The notes under the pieces were generated by a model that ran no database searches, was not told the origin of the DNA, and saw only the letters and a list, made by a program, of their open reading frames with translations. A stretch of DNA of 64,000 nucleotides, from positions 3,817 to 67,816 of the forward strand of contig SLKG01000006.1 in the NCBI GenBank assembly GCA_007134735.1. The letters are read 5' to 3'. Positions 39,284-49,660 of the stretch are shown here, piece by piece (positions within the stretch are counted from its first letter, which is position 1; every line of letters starts with the position of its first letter). This DNA is from Kiritimatiellia bacterium. Its GTDB lineage: Bacteria; Verrucomicrobiota; Kiritimatiellia; SLAD01. The position numbers were made by a program, and so were the translations under genes.

Positions 39284-40519
39284 TTACGATCCTTTTGGCC
39301 TTTTCGAACGTCCGGGCCGGATTTCGAGATCCGGTTCATGCAGAATCCCCCACACATCAACCACGGGTTTTTCGATCTTCAACGCACGATATTCCCGATG
39401 GGGCACGCACAATATCAGGACATCCGATTCGTCCAGCACCGCCTTGACCGGCCGGGCGTCTTCGAGATAGGGATCGTGATACACCACCCGCGCCCCTCCG
39501 AATTCCAGCCCTTTCTTTACCCGATAACTCAATGATTCCCGTGTATCGTCATTGTCCGCCTTGAAGGCCATGCCGAGCAAACCGGCCGTCCTTCCCCATA
39601 AGGATGAACCGAGCGCGGCCGCCGCCTTTTCCACCACAAAGGTCGCCAACCCCTCGTTGGCCAGCATGGCCGTGTGCCCCAGGTGAAAGCGGTGCCGGTA
39701 ATAACTGGCCAGCTGCATGGTATCCTTGAACAGGCATGGCCCCCCGGTAAAGCCGGGCGCCTTGAAGCTGTCGGCGCGGGGATATTCATGGCGAATCGCC
39801 TTGTATATCCGGTGAAAGTCAATCCCGTTGGTTTCGGCAATCATGTAGAATTCGTTGGCAATGGCAAACTCGAGATACCGCCAAGTGTTCGTCATGAGCT
39901 TCGCCAATTCCGCTTCCAGCGGCGTCAGGCGCACAATGGCCGGAGCCAATTCGGCGAAGAGTTCGTACGCCGCTTCAAAACTGTCCTCATCAAACGCCGC
40001 CACAATCTGGGGCAACGACTCAATTTCCTTCAACGCCTGTCCCTGCGCTACCCGCTCCGGGCAGAAGGCCAATCGCGTCTTCCGGTTCATCGCGCGCAAT
40101 TTCTTGTGAATGAACTCCATCGTGCCCGGATACAAGGTCGACCGCATCACGATCAGCGAATGGTCCGCAAACAAGTCGTGATATTGATCGATGACACCAA
40201 GCAATTCCGACAATTCGGGATTGAGATGTTCGTCGACCGGCGTCCCCGTGACAAACACATACACATCGGCTTCCCGACACGCACCGGGGTCCGTAACCGC
40301 CGTCATACCGGCGGTCAGCGCTTCGCCGAGTTGAGTCTCACCGCCCTCGTCAAGAAACGGCATCCGGCCGGCATTGACCATCTCCACCGCTCGCGCATCC
40401 ACATCGAGGAGCTTCGTGGTTGCGCCGGCCAGGGCAAACTTGATGCCGAGCGGAAGCCCCACGTGACCGCAACCCCCGATAATTACGATTTTCTTGCTGT
40501 CCAACAAATGATCACTCAT
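39284..40519 (-). CDS. Nucleotide-sugar dehydrogenase (UDP-glucose/GDP-mannose dehydrogenase family; WecC/WbpA/TviB-like)
   Basis: N-terminal KKIVIIGGCGHVGLPLG Rossmann fold and catalytic GFTGGPCLFKD. Its stop abuts the epimerase start (1-bp spacer). Confidence 0.85.
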   Translation of the reverse strand: MSDHLLDSKKIVIIGGCGHVGLPLGIKFALAGATTKLLDVDARAVEMVNAGRMPFLDEGGETQLGEALTAGMTAVTDPGACREADVYVFVTGTPVDEHLNPELSELLGVIDQYHDLFADHSLIVMRSTLYPGTMEFIHKKLRAMNRKTRLAFCPERVAQGQALKEIESLPQIVAAFDEDSFEAAYELFAELAPAIVRLTPLEAELAKLMTNTWRYLEFAIANEFYMIAETNGIDFHRIYKAIRHEYPRADSFKAPGFTGGPCLFKDTMQLASYYRHRFHLGHTAMLANEGLATFVVEKAAAALGSSLWGRTAGLLGMAFKADNDDTRESLSYRVKKGLEFGGARVVYHDPYLEDARPVKAVLDESDVLILCVPHREYRALKIEKPVVDVWGILHEPDLEIRPGRSKRPKGS

Positions 40520-41769
40520 CGGCCGATTCCATTGTTCGTGTCCACGGATTCATCGCAGGCATCCGTTCGGCATGATACGCCGGAAACCTGTTCAAATAAA
40601 GCACAATACCGTCGTCCGATGTTCTTCCAGGAGCGGTCCCGTACGAGCTGTCTCGACTGTTCTCGAACCGTTTCAAACCATGAGTCGGGTTGGGCGGCGA
40701 ATTCCAGAAGACATTGCCGGATGGCGGACACGTTATCGGGTTCAAACAACAACCCCACGCCGTATTGCGTCAGGATATCATGGAAATGGTATTGGTCCGA
40801 AGCGAGGACCGCCTTTCCGTATTCGCCGGCCTGCCGGAGATTGCTGCTGATCGATACAAACCCGTATCGATAGGGCATGATCAGCGCGTCACAGGCGGCA
40901 TATAGAGAGGACATTTCCTCCTCGGTCACAAACCGTGAAATGACATGCAGGGCATCTCGCCAGCCCGATTGCTGTAAACGTTCGAGATCGCCCCATGTGG
41001 ATTCGTAAACGCCCCCCGTCTTCCCGACCACATACACGTGAAACGTGGGCGGCACTCCTTCCAACGCTTCGTACAGCAAATCCGAGCCTTTGGCCCGGCT
41101 GGCCACGCCAAACAACAGCACGATGCGCTTGTCCAACGGCATGCCCCACTGGCGCCGGGCCTCAACCTGCGATACCCGGTCAATCTGATCGGTATACCCT
41201 TCCGGAATCACGTGAACACGCCGGCGTCCGGTCAACCCCATCGCATCGCGGAGATGCGGCGTTTCACAGACGACATGAACAAAGGCGGGCAACCAGCGGG
41301 CAAATACATGGTTCAACCACAAGCGCATCCGTGAAGAGAGAGGGCGGCCTTTCATGAATCCGCCGGCATAGAACGTCATCGGCAGAATAACCACCAGCGG
41401 GGGCCGCGTTCCGGTCAAACGCCGGCCCAGCGCCATCCAGAAAAGCATCCATGGTTCCGCATGATGCATGCAGATAACGTCAAACCCCTCGCGACGCGCC
41501 ATGCGGAAGGCCTGGCGCTTCACGAGAAACGGTTCCACAACAAAATCCCAGATCCTGCCGCCCTTCTTCACACGACCCGACCGCCCGGCTTTTCTTTCGA
41601 CACCCCGGTAGGCACATCCCGGCGGGCGATCCTGCAACGGGTATTCGGCCGGATAGGCCAGCAACGTGACCTCCTGCCCCAGGTCACTCAGCATTTCCGC
41701 CCGGGTACGTGAATTGAGCGGGGCATCGGCCTGCACCGACAAACAAGGGCTGACAAACAGAATCTTCAT
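40516..41769 (-). CDS. Glycosyltransferase family 4 (GT-B)
   Basis: MKILFVSP... N-terminus; C-terminal GT4 core (VVGKTGG...E.G); 4-bp overlaps at both ends. Confidence 0.75.
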   Translation of the reverse strand: MKILFVSPCLSVQADAPLNSRTRAEMLSDLGQEVTLLAYPAEYPLQDRPPGCAYRGVERKAGRSGRVKKGGRIWDFVVEPFLVKRQAFRMARREGFDVICMHHAEPWMLFWMALGRRLTGTRPPLVVILPMTFYAGGFMKGRPLSSRMRLWLNHVFARWLPAFVHVVCETPHLRDAMGLTGRRRVHVIPEGYTDQIDRVSQVEARRQWGMPLDKRIVLLFGVASRAKGSDLLYEALEGVPPTFHVYVVGKTGGVYESTWGDLERLQQSGWRDALHVISRFVTEEEMSSLYAACDALIMPYRYGFVSISSNLRQAGEYGKAVLASDQYHFHDILTQYGVGLLFEPDNVSAIRQCLLEFAAQPDSWFETVREQSRQLVRDRSWKNIGRRYCALFEQVSGVSCRTDACDESVDTNNGIGR

Positions 41770-43049
41770 ACCTTTTGCGCCTCTCGCGCCGGCCCCGCAT
41801 TACGCCGTCCCATGACGCCCGCCAACAGAACCAGCACGGAAAGTATATTGACCACGGCCAGTACGGCAATCACCTGGAAAAGTGATTCGTGAAACATATT
41901 GACGCCGCCGATATACAGAACCGCCAGCGGCGCCAGGATCGTCACCAAACCGAACCGCCGTTGGGCCAGCTCGAAATTCATGATGAGAAAAGTCAATCCC
42001 AGGGGAGACATGGCCCATACAACCGCGCGCACCAGCCGGATGGTTTCCGCTGTCGGTTGCTCCCCCGTAAACAGCAACCAGAGGGGTGCGGCAAACATCG
42101 TTACCCCCACCGCCGTCAACGCAATGACCGATCCGGCATAGAGAAACGCATGCCCAAACACACGACGGTCGCCCGCGGAAGCCAGCCCCGTGGACACCAC
42201 CTTGGGAAACATCGCACCCGCTATCGGGATCGCCAAATAGATAATGGTCCGCCCCATGGTCGCGGCCTTGGCGAACAGTCCCGCCTCCGCGGGATCAAAG
42301 AAGCGCTTCACCAGCATGACATCGGCGTACATCAGCACGGCATATCCCCCCAGTATGAACATGGACATAAGAAAATACCGCAGACTGCCGAAATCCATTT
42401 CCTTTTCCCGGGGGTCCCCTTTCAAGACCCATCGGAGTCCGGTCAATCCAACCGCAATGCTGATACCCACGCCGAGCGCCTGCGCGGACAGCCCGGCCGT
42501 AGCGCTTCGGGCAATCAGCGTCACAAAGGCCGCACCGGCCGCAAGGCGGACCAGACACCACCCCTGGCTGACGGCCGACATCCAGACAAACGCCTGCAGG
42601 CCCTGCAAGGCGCCCACGCACATTTGCATGAAAGGAATAAAGGCAATCACCAGAACCGTCGCGACCACCGGCATTCCGGACGGCATCTGGAAAAAGTCCG
42701 CCAGCATACCGCGCCCTCCCAGACCCGCGGCCAGAACCAGGAGAGAGGGAACCAGCAAATAGCGTGCCCAACGCCGAATCAGCCGCCGCACATTTCCGGG
42801 TGCGCCCATACGCGTAAGCAGTCCGGCCTGGTGAGCAACCGTCGTTCTCAACGCTTCCAGCGGCATCACAAATACGTGCACCAGGCTCAACATGGTGGCC
42901 AGCACACCGTATTCCTCGACCGTGAGACTCCGCATCATGGTCATCTGAAACAGCAGATTCGCCACGCCTCCAATTTGGGTGGCGGCCATCAACAGGACAC
43001 TGTGGCGAAACAGTCCGGCTTGATGCGCATGGGATGGTTCGTCTTGCAT
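41766..43049 (-). CDS. Polysaccharide/oligosaccharide flippase (Wzx-like, MOP superfamily)
   Basis: 427 aa; about 12 TM helices, typical Wzx length and hydropathy; embedded between glycosyltransferases. Confidence 0.65.
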   Translation of the reverse strand: MQDEPSHAHQAGLFRHSVLLMAATQIGGVANLLFQMTMMRSLTVEEYGVLATMLSLVHVFVMPLEALRTTVAHQAGLLTRMGAPGNVRRLIRRWARYLLVPSLLVLAAGLGGRGMLADFFQMPSGMPVVATVLVIAFIPFMQMCVGALQGLQAFVWMSAVSQGWCLVRLAAGAAFVTLIARSATAGLSAQALGVGISIAVGLTGLRWVLKGDPREKEMDFGSLRYFLMSMFILGGYAVLMYADVMLVKRFFDPAEAGLFAKAATMGRTIIYLAIPIAGAMFPKVVSTGLASAGDRRVFGHAFLYAGSVIALTAVGVTMFAAPLWLLFTGEQPTAETIRLVRAVVWAMSPLGLTFLIMNFELAQRRFGLVTILAPLAVLYIGGVNMFHESLFQVIAVLAVVNILSVLVLLAGVMGRRNAGPAREAQKV

Positions 43050-43175
43050 TGGTGGATTATCGGCATTCCACGGCAGGATGCAACAGGAAGATCAATAACG
43101 GGAAGCGAAACCGCCGCGTCGGCCCACGTCGGGACCCGTCCGGGCGTGATCAGGCCAAAAGGGATTCGGCCTTCA

Positions 43176-45257
43176 TCAGGGTGTTTCGACGAGGTCCGCG
43201 CTCAAGACCAACAGAAACTGGTCGGGCTGAACGGAAAAACGGACCGCCTGTTCGCCCGGTTCAAGACTCAGGGGAATTCGCCGCTCGACCATTAATGTGG
43301 CCGGAAATGAAACCGTCCCATGGGCGGCTCTCACGCGGACCGGTCCCGATAACGCAACGGCCACGATCCGCAACTCGGTTGTGAGCGTGTCCTCCGTCAG
43401 GTTGAATAGCCGAAACGCAGTCTCTTGTGACGGAACGCGGTAATCCGCCCATTGTCCCCGGTTGAGGTAACGCATGGCCTCCGGTTGCGGCAATCGGTTA
43501 ATCCCGTTCAAGTCGGTAAATCCGTATCCCCGTTCCAGGAAAGCCCCGGCCTGGATCCAGGTGAGCTGCATCAGTTGCTCCGGCCAGCCCGGCTGGGGCC
43601 GCCACGGCTTTAGATACCCCCATCCCTCGCCATACAGCCTTAACCGGTCCTGTCCCTGTCTTTGCGCCCGGACGATCAGGTCTTCGGTGGTATTGTAATA
43701 GATTCGGGTCACGACGCGATCCCGGTTTTCCCGGGCATAATCCAGGGTGGGAACAAATCCGAGCCGGTACATCCGGACGGCGGCTTCATTGGTCACCGCC
43801 GAAGATTGGGAAAAATGACGCTCGGCAAAATCCCACGGGCCCAACTCCCTTTCGTATTTACCGGGATTGACCCGTACGAATGCGGCTCGCGGATACCGCT
43901 CAAAAAAATCCTCCACCGTTGCCCGCCAATTCATCCGGCGATAGGTGTCCAAGGGCTCGTCGGGCACCGTAAAGGTATAATGAATTCCGCCGGGATTGTG
44001 CAACGCCATCTCATTCCACGGCTCAAACCAGCGATCAACCAGAACCGGTGTGCCGGGAGGCAGATGCTCAAGCACCCAGTCGTTGATGCTGAAATACGGG
44101 GTGGGCTTACCCTCAAGATGAACCACCGCCCATGCGGCGGGAACCGTCACGGCCAGATAGCCGGCCGCCAGGATGGCGCCCAACCCGTAACGAATCGTGT
44201 ATCGGGGGCCGCTGATGGCTTCAATCCCCAGCGTAGTCCCGATTCCCAGGAACAGAATGAAGAGCGGCCAGAGCGCGGAGAAATAGGCGATTTTGGCAAC
44301 CCCGCCCCCGATGACGGCGATGTAGGCCATAAACACAACGAGGTGGAGCAGAAAAACAAACGTCAGGGACCGATAAAACCGGCGTTTCGGTGAAGGTATG
44401 ATGAGTGCCGCCACCGCCAGAACCACGGCACCGAACAGCAGTCCCACGCCCACCGGACGCTCTCCGGCAAAATAGGCCGGAAGCAACCGGATGAACTCCA
44501 CGGCGGCATCTTCGCCGATCAACTCACGGCGCCCTTCCGCGGCGATGTCAAGGCGTTGCAGGGCCCGGAATATCCAGCGGCTGAGCAACAATACGCTTGC
44601 TCCGCCGCCGACACACAACCCTATCGCGAAACGCCTGAACGGCGCGGTGTTCCCCCCCAATCCTTTCCATCCATATCCGAAGAGAAGTATTCCCTGCAAA
44701 GCGCCCACCGCCCAAACCGACATATGCATGTGGCAGGCCAGCATGGCAACGGCAAACCAGGAAACCACCAAACCCCGGGACGGCAGTTCATTATTTTCCA
44801 ATCGCTCCTTAACCAGCCAGAAAACGCAAAACAGCGCTGCCGACCAGGTAATGGCGCCGGAATAGTGATAAGCCGTTCGGGAAAAGTAGAGCTGGTAAGG
44901 ATTGAATGCGGCAATCAACAAAGTGGCCCCGGCGGCGGCCTCCCCCGCATGGCGACGGACAAACAGCCACAAGAAATACAACGCCAGAATACCCATCAGC
45001 GCGAACGGCAAGCGCACCACAAACGGAGTGGCCGGCAGTCCGGCCTTCACCAGCAACAGGCTGAACGTCTCGTTCAGCGGCATCTGATTGAGCCACGGCG
45101 GATTTCTCCAGAACTCCAGGATATCCTGATCCTGCAAGGCGAGCTTGTAGAACTCCATGTTGTCCGCCCCGAACGAGGAAAAACCCAGAAGCCACAAGCG
45201 CAGAAACACAGCCGCCCCGAAAAGGAGCAGCGCCCCTATCATCAACGGTTTCTTCAT
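43176..45257 (-). CDS. GT-C fold membrane glycosyltransferase (ArnT / PMT-like, GT39/GT83)
   Basis: Start placed at MKKPLMIGALLL. N-terminal roughly 400-aa polytopic region and large soluble C-terminal domain, the ArnT/PMT architecture. Confidence 0.6.
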   Translation of the reverse strand: MKKPLMIGALLLFGAAVFLRLWLLGFSSFGADNMEFYKLALQDQDILEFWRNPPWLNQMPLNETFSLLLVKAGLPATPFVVRLPFALMGILALYFLWLFVRRHAGEAAAGATLLIAAFNPYQLYFSRTAYHYSGAITWSAALFCVFWLVKERLENNELPSRGLVVSWFAVAMLACHMHMSVWAVGALQGILLFGYGWKGLGGNTAPFRRFAIGLCVGGGASVLLLSRWIFRALQRLDIAAEGRRELIGEDAAVEFIRLLPAYFAGERPVGVGLLFGAVVLAVAALIIPSPKRRFYRSLTFVFLLHLVVFMAYIAVIGGGVAKIAYFSALWPLFILFLGIGTTLGIEAISGPRYTIRYGLGAILAAGYLAVTVPAAWAVVHLEGKPTPYFSINDWVLEHLPPGTPVLVDRWFEPWNEMALHNPGGIHYTFTVPDEPLDTYRRMNWRATVEDFFERYPRAAFVRVNPGKYERELGPWDFAERHFSQSSAVTNEAAVRMYRLGFVPTLDYARENRDRVVTRIYYNTTEDLIVRAQRQGQDRLRLYGEGWGYLKPWRPQPGWPEQLMQLTWIQAGAFLERGYGFTDLNGINRLPQPEAMRYLNRGQWADYRVPSQETAFRLFNLTEDTLTTELRIVAVALSGPVRVRAAHGTVSFPATLMVERRIPLSLEPGEQAVRFSVQPDQFLLVLSADLVETP

Positions 45258-45332
45258 ATCGATATACTCAACGCATAAAGAGGGTATTTCAATCCTTTTG
45301 CCGGGCCGCTCCCGTGCGGGATGCAAAAACCC

Positions 45333-46517
45333 TCACCTCCGCGCGTCATCCAGTACCTGCCGGCACACCCCCTGGTAGCGCTCCACCCAGGCGTCGAGAT
45401 GATACCGGTCGCGTTGTTCAAGAAACGACTGCCGGACCGCTTTCAGGCGCTCGGGTTCATTGAAAAACTCCCCGATCCGGCCGGCCAGAGCCGGCGCATC
45501 GTTCATCGGGACCAATAGCCGGGTATCGACCGGATCCAATAATTCACGCATCACGGGAATACGGGTGGACAAGAGCGGCAGTCCCGCCGAGATGCACTCG
45601 AGCACTACGTTCGGATAGTAGCTGACCCCGACAGACGCGTGATAAGGGATCAGAAAAAGATCATGCCGGCTCATTTCCTCCTCCACGGAAACCGCCCCCT
45701 TGACCGTGATATATTCCTGTAAGCCGTACTTCTGAACGAGACGCCAAAAGTGCTTCAGATTCCCCCGATCGGAAAACGCGAAGGTCATGGTAAAGGACAA
45801 CCGGCCTTTGAGAAGCGCCAACGCTTTCAATATCATATCCACTCCCTTGGCCGGGGTATAATGCCCGATATACAGAAGCCTGTTGGCACCTGTATTTTGA
45901 TCGTGATCGGTCTTTCCTGCCTCCTTTACTCCGTTGATCATCTGTTCGATCCGGTCTCCGGATACGGAACGGGCCAGTTGCTCGCGTTGTACCCGACTCG
46001 ACACCAGGATGCGCCGATACACGTCCGCCCCGCGTGCATACAGGGTACGCAGAAGGAACGAATTCAGCAGAATATGAGGAAGCATATCGCGAACCAGCCG
46101 CCAACGGCCGGGCCGAAAGAAGGACGCCACCTCCCCCGCGCTTACATACGGCTGCCAGACCGTGACCATGACGGGAACCGATACCGTTCGAGCTACGCGC
46201 CGCAGGAGAACGTACTCAAGGCAAAACCCCACATGCAGATGAATCAGGTCATAATCCCCCGGATTCATCTCCTCGATTTTCATCATCAATCTCCGGATAT
46301 TGAGCAACAGGGCCTTCCCGGATCCATAGGGATTGTATGAGGAGTAGCTTTCGATCCGGAATGGTGCGTCCGACGGATACCCGGGGGGCAACGCGCCGGG
46401 TATCAGAAGCGTCACATCGGCCTTGGGGGAAACGGCTTCATAGAGGTGCACGATATTCTTGCTGATGGCTTCGTGCAAATCGGGCTTGAACGTGGTTGTA
46501 GCGGCCAATATTTTCAC
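45333..46517 (-). CDS. Glycosyltransferase family 4 (GT-B)
   Basis: 394 aa, GT4 C-terminal core (IGHYTPAKGVD...LPLLSTRIPVMRELL); 4-bp overlap with the downstream GT2. Confidence 0.75.
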   Translation of the reverse strand: MKILAATTTFKPDLHEAISKNIVHLYEAVSPKADVTLLIPGALPPGYPSDAPFRIESYSSYNPYGSGKALLLNIRRLMMKIEEMNPGDYDLIHLHVGFCLEYVLLRRVARTVSVPVMVTVWQPYVSAGEVASFFRPGRWRLVRDMLPHILLNSFLLRTLYARGADVYRRILVSSRVQREQLARSVSGDRIEQMINGVKEAGKTDHDQNTGANRLLYIGHYTPAKGVDMILKALALLKGRLSFTMTFAFSDRGNLKHFWRLVQKYGLQEYITVKGAVSVEEEMSRHDLFLIPYHASVGVSYYPNVVLECISAGLPLLSTRIPVMRELLDPVDTRLLVPMNDAPALAGRIGEFFNEPERLKAVRQSFLEQRDRYHLDAWVERYQGVCRQVLDDARR

Positions 46518-47521
46518 GGGCCACGATGTCCGTCGTCGCGCTTCGGCTTTTCAGGACGCAATAAGTACAGGGGGCGTTTTTTGGATTCCTCGAAAATACG
46601 GCTCACGTATTGCCCGATAACGCCCATGCAGATCAGTTGGATTCCGCCGATAATCAGAATCAGCGCCACAATGGTGGCCCAACCGGGCACATAATCATCC
46701 GGTCGCACAATACGGGCCCAGATGGTTCTCATGGCGCGCAAACCGCCAAGCCCGGCCACCAGGATACCCGCGACGGTCACCCACCGGAGTGGTGTTCCTG
46801 AAAATGAGGTCATGGCATCCCAGGCCAGGTTGGCCGATTTCCAGACCGGATATTTTGTTTTGCCCGCGTGTCTCGGCGCACGCTCGTAGTACACGGCCGC
46901 CTGCCGGTATCCCACCCAACACGTCAGTCCGCGCACAAACCGATGCAGTTCCCGCACGTCCCGCAGGGCATCCACAACGCACCGGTCCACCAGCCGGAAA
47001 TCGCCCGCATCAAGCGGTACCTCCATTTTCACCATGGCACGAAATATCTTGTAGAAGTTGTGGGCCAGGAATTTCTTGAGCCAGGACTCGCCGGACCGGC
47101 TTTTCCGCACGGCGTACACTACTTCGTACCCCTCGCGCCACTTGGCCATCAGTTCGGGAATGACTTCGGGCGGATCCTGCAGATCCGCGTCGATAATGAC
47201 CACCGCATCGCCCTCCGCGTGGTCCATTCCGGCCGTGATGGCAATTTGATGGCCGAAATTCCGGGAAAGTTGCAGCAACCGTACGCGGGAATCCTTTTTC
47301 GCCGTGTCCGCGACCCAGGACGCGGAAGCGTCCGTGCTTCCGTCATCGATAAACAATATCTGCAGGTCTTCGGGTTCCCCGTCCAGCACCCCGACAAGGC
47401 GGTCATACAGGACGGGAAGATTCTCCTCCTCGTTGAGGAACGGAACCACCACCGAAACCCGTCGTTGTGAGCGTTGTGCATTCACTGCGTGGAGTGTGCC
47501 AGAGAGCGTGTCGCACCTCAA
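46514..47521 (-). CDS. Polyprenyl-phosphate glycosyltransferase (GT2; ArnC/GtrB/Dpm1-like) with two C-terminal TM helices
   Basis: VSVVVPFLNEEENL, IDDGSTD and DADLQDPPE motifs; C-terminal membrane hairpin as in GtrB/ArnC. Confidence 0.8.
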   Translation of the reverse strand: MRCDTLSGTLHAVNAQRSQRRVSVVVPFLNEEENLPVLYDRLVGVLDGEPEDLQILFIDDGSTDASASWVADTAKKDSRVRLLQLSRNFGHQIAITAGMDHAEGDAVVIIDADLQDPPEVIPELMAKWREGYEVVYAVRKSRSGESWLKKFLAHNFYKIFRAMVKMEVPLDAGDFRLVDRCVVDALRDVRELHRFVRGLTCWVGYRQAAVYYERAPRHAGKTKYPVWKSANLAWDAMTSFSGTPLRWVTVAGILVAGLGGLRAMRTIWARIVRPDDYVPGWATIVALILIIGGIQLICMGVIGQYVSRIFEESKKRPLYLLRPEKPKRDDGHRGP

Positions 47522-47524
47522 TAC

Positions 47525-49660
47525 CTATTGAGGATATTCGGCTCGGCCTTCCGGTATCCATTGTATATCCCAGAGGACAATTCCCTGAACGTGGCGGCGA
47601 TGATCCGGCAGGCGTAGCCGGACATCGGTCACGCCGGGCGAAAGATCATCCAGCGGAATGACCGTCTCGATCAGCCGGCCGGCCGGGTGTGTCCCGCTAT
47701 ATTGAACCACGCCGTCCATCACTACGTGCACATCCGCTTGCCGGTCGGCCGCTCCCATCCAGGCCGCCATGAGCGCCAGGCGTCCGGATACGGGATGCGG
47801 GTGGGGGTTCTCGATTTGAAAAACGGACTCCGCCCCGGGCATCGCGCGATAGTACAACGTTTCCCGGGGCGACACCGCTTGTTGCTGAATGTGCCATCCA
47901 TCAAAAGAGAACAGTACGTCATAACCGGTTTCCAACGCCTTTCTCCGCAGGTCCTCCCGGGTATTGTAGTAAATATCCATACGATAAGACGTATCCGAAA
48001 GGTCCTTGTAGGGCTCACTGGGGTGAATGCCCAGCTCGATCAACCGGCGAAGCGGTTCGTTGTCGATAATCACATGATTACGGAAATGCGAAGGCGGCCA
48101 TGTCCAGAGTTCTCCGGGTGTATCCCAGCCCGTATGGCCCAATGCGACGAAAACAGTTTCCGGAAATCGACGAATGAAATCCATCTGGCGTTTCTGAAGA
48201 GGCTCTCGTTCGCCGCTTTTATGCACATAAGGCGCAATCGGGACCAGGCCGGGCACCGGATGATAACCGCCGATAAACCGGTATTGGAAGGCACTCTCGA
48301 CCAGATAAGGCGTTCCCGGTTCAACATGTTCATTCAACCAGGCGGCCACACCGGCGTAATTTTCGTCCTTATGCTCCAAGCTCCAGTACATCGGCAAATA
48401 GACAAGGATATGGGGCCCAACACAAAGCCCCGCCAGCACGGACACCGCCGCAACCCGGTTCAGGGTTATGAACCGGGCGAACATACGCACAAGCAGACCG
48501 CCCCCATACCATATTCCCTGTGCGATAATCAGGTAAAACACCACAATCAAGGGCGAAAAATAGCGGGCCGAAAGATACTGCGTATTCATGGTCGCTATGG
48601 CCAGCAGTACGAGCGAAACCACGGCCGATCCCCCGATCAATATGCCCCGGGTATCCGACGCGGAACGGGACTCCACAAGCAGTCCCGTCAAACCCGTCAG
48701 AAAGAGCACCCACGCCAACACCGCGAACGGGGGATATTCACCCAGAAACATCTTGTTCAGAGCATCGTTCAGAATCCATACGAGGGCATACTCCCCGCCC
48801 GCACCGATATGCGCCTCATTGTTCAACATGAAGTGAATCAGGTACGGGGAAACCAATAGAAACGCACACCCCGAAGCCAGCGCCGAAACAAATCGCGCAC
48901 GCCGCACGCCGGGCTCCGCTTTCATGAATAGCCCGGCCAGCCACAACGCGCCGGCCGCCGCCGCCCAGCCGGCCACGGCAACCACGGCGCCCAGGTGCGA
49001 TAACGCCATACCGGCGAAACACACAACCGTCAGCAGGAAATACCGGCGTCCGCCGCCGGTATAGAGACGAAGCCATGCATACCATCCCCACGCCGCGAAA
49101 AAGAGCACGTACGCATAACAATACGCCTCCCGCGAATAGTAGACGGGGAAAAAGAAAACCGCCATGAAGACCGCCGCCACCCAGGCCGCGCCCGGATGCA
49201 GCGCCCGGCGGGCCGCGCCATATATACCGGGCACGGCCAACGCCCCGATCACCGCCATCGGAAAGCGCATGATACCCGGACGGTTGATAACATCCGTAAA
49301 CCCGATCTCTTCCAGTAGCGCGATATAGATGTTCTGTACAGCCCCGGCCAGGGGCATTTGCCCCATGCTGATGAGATGGGTCCAATAGCGGGAAAACGCC
49401 TCCACCGGCCCGGCATCCGGCGCGGCCAGAATGGAGACGAAGATCATCTCATCCTGCCACAGAGAAGCCCGCCCCAGCCAAACCAGGCGCAACACCAAGG
49501 CAACCGCCGTCAAAAACAGCAAGGCAAATCGCTCCCGGCGGGACCCGTTCCCGGAAGAAGGGCTCTCCACGGAATGCCCCGGCGCTACCCGTTTCCCCTT
49601 GTTGCCTGTCTTGTCCTGTTTCTTTTTGGACATACAACGACTGCTCCTCTTACGGATCAT
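47525..49660 (-). CDS. GT-C fold membrane glycosyltransferase (ArnT / PMT-like)
   Basis: Start placed at MIRKRSS, giving an ATGA overlap with the upstream GT2 stop. Lys-rich N-terminus, then about 12 TM helices and a soluble C-terminal domain. Confidence 0.6.
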   Translation of the reverse strand: MIRKRSSRCMSKKKQDKTGNKGKRVAPGHSVESPSSGNGSRRERFALLFLTAVALVLRLVWLGRASLWQDEMIFVSILAAPDAGPVEAFSRYWTHLISMGQMPLAGAVQNIYIALLEEIGFTDVINRPGIMRFPMAVIGALAVPGIYGAARRALHPGAAWVAAVFMAVFFFPVYYSREAYCYAYVLFFAAWGWYAWLRLYTGGGRRYFLLTVVCFAGMALSHLGAVVAVAGWAAAAGALWLAGLFMKAEPGVRRARFVSALASGCAFLLVSPYLIHFMLNNEAHIGAGGEYALVWILNDALNKMFLGEYPPFAVLAWVLFLTGLTGLLVESRSASDTRGILIGGSAVVSLVLLAIATMNTQYLSARYFSPLIVVFYLIIAQGIWYGGGLLVRMFARFITLNRVAAVSVLAGLCVGPHILVYLPMYWSLEHKDENYAGVAAWLNEHVEPGTPYLVESAFQYRFIGGYHPVPGLVPIAPYVHKSGEREPLQKRQMDFIRRFPETVFVALGHTGWDTPGELWTWPPSHFRNHVIIDNEPLRRLIELGIHPSEPYKDLSDTSYRMDIYYNTREDLRRKALETGYDVLFSFDGWHIQQQAVSPRETLYYRAMPGAESVFQIENPHPHPVSGRLALMAAWMGAADRQADVHVVMDGVVQYSGTHPAGRLIETVIPLDDLSPGVTDVRLRLPDHRRHVQGIVLWDIQWIPEGRAEYPQ

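Noticed and set aside
39674-40873. 399-aa plus-strand ORF
   Set aside because: Antisense to the NDP-sugar dehydrogenase and GT4 genes.
41889-43295. 468-aa plus-strand ORF
   Set aside because: Antisense to the flippase gene; His/Arg/Gln-rich.
47687-48859. 390-aa plus-strand ORF
   Set aside because: Antisense to the GT-C gene 47525-49660.
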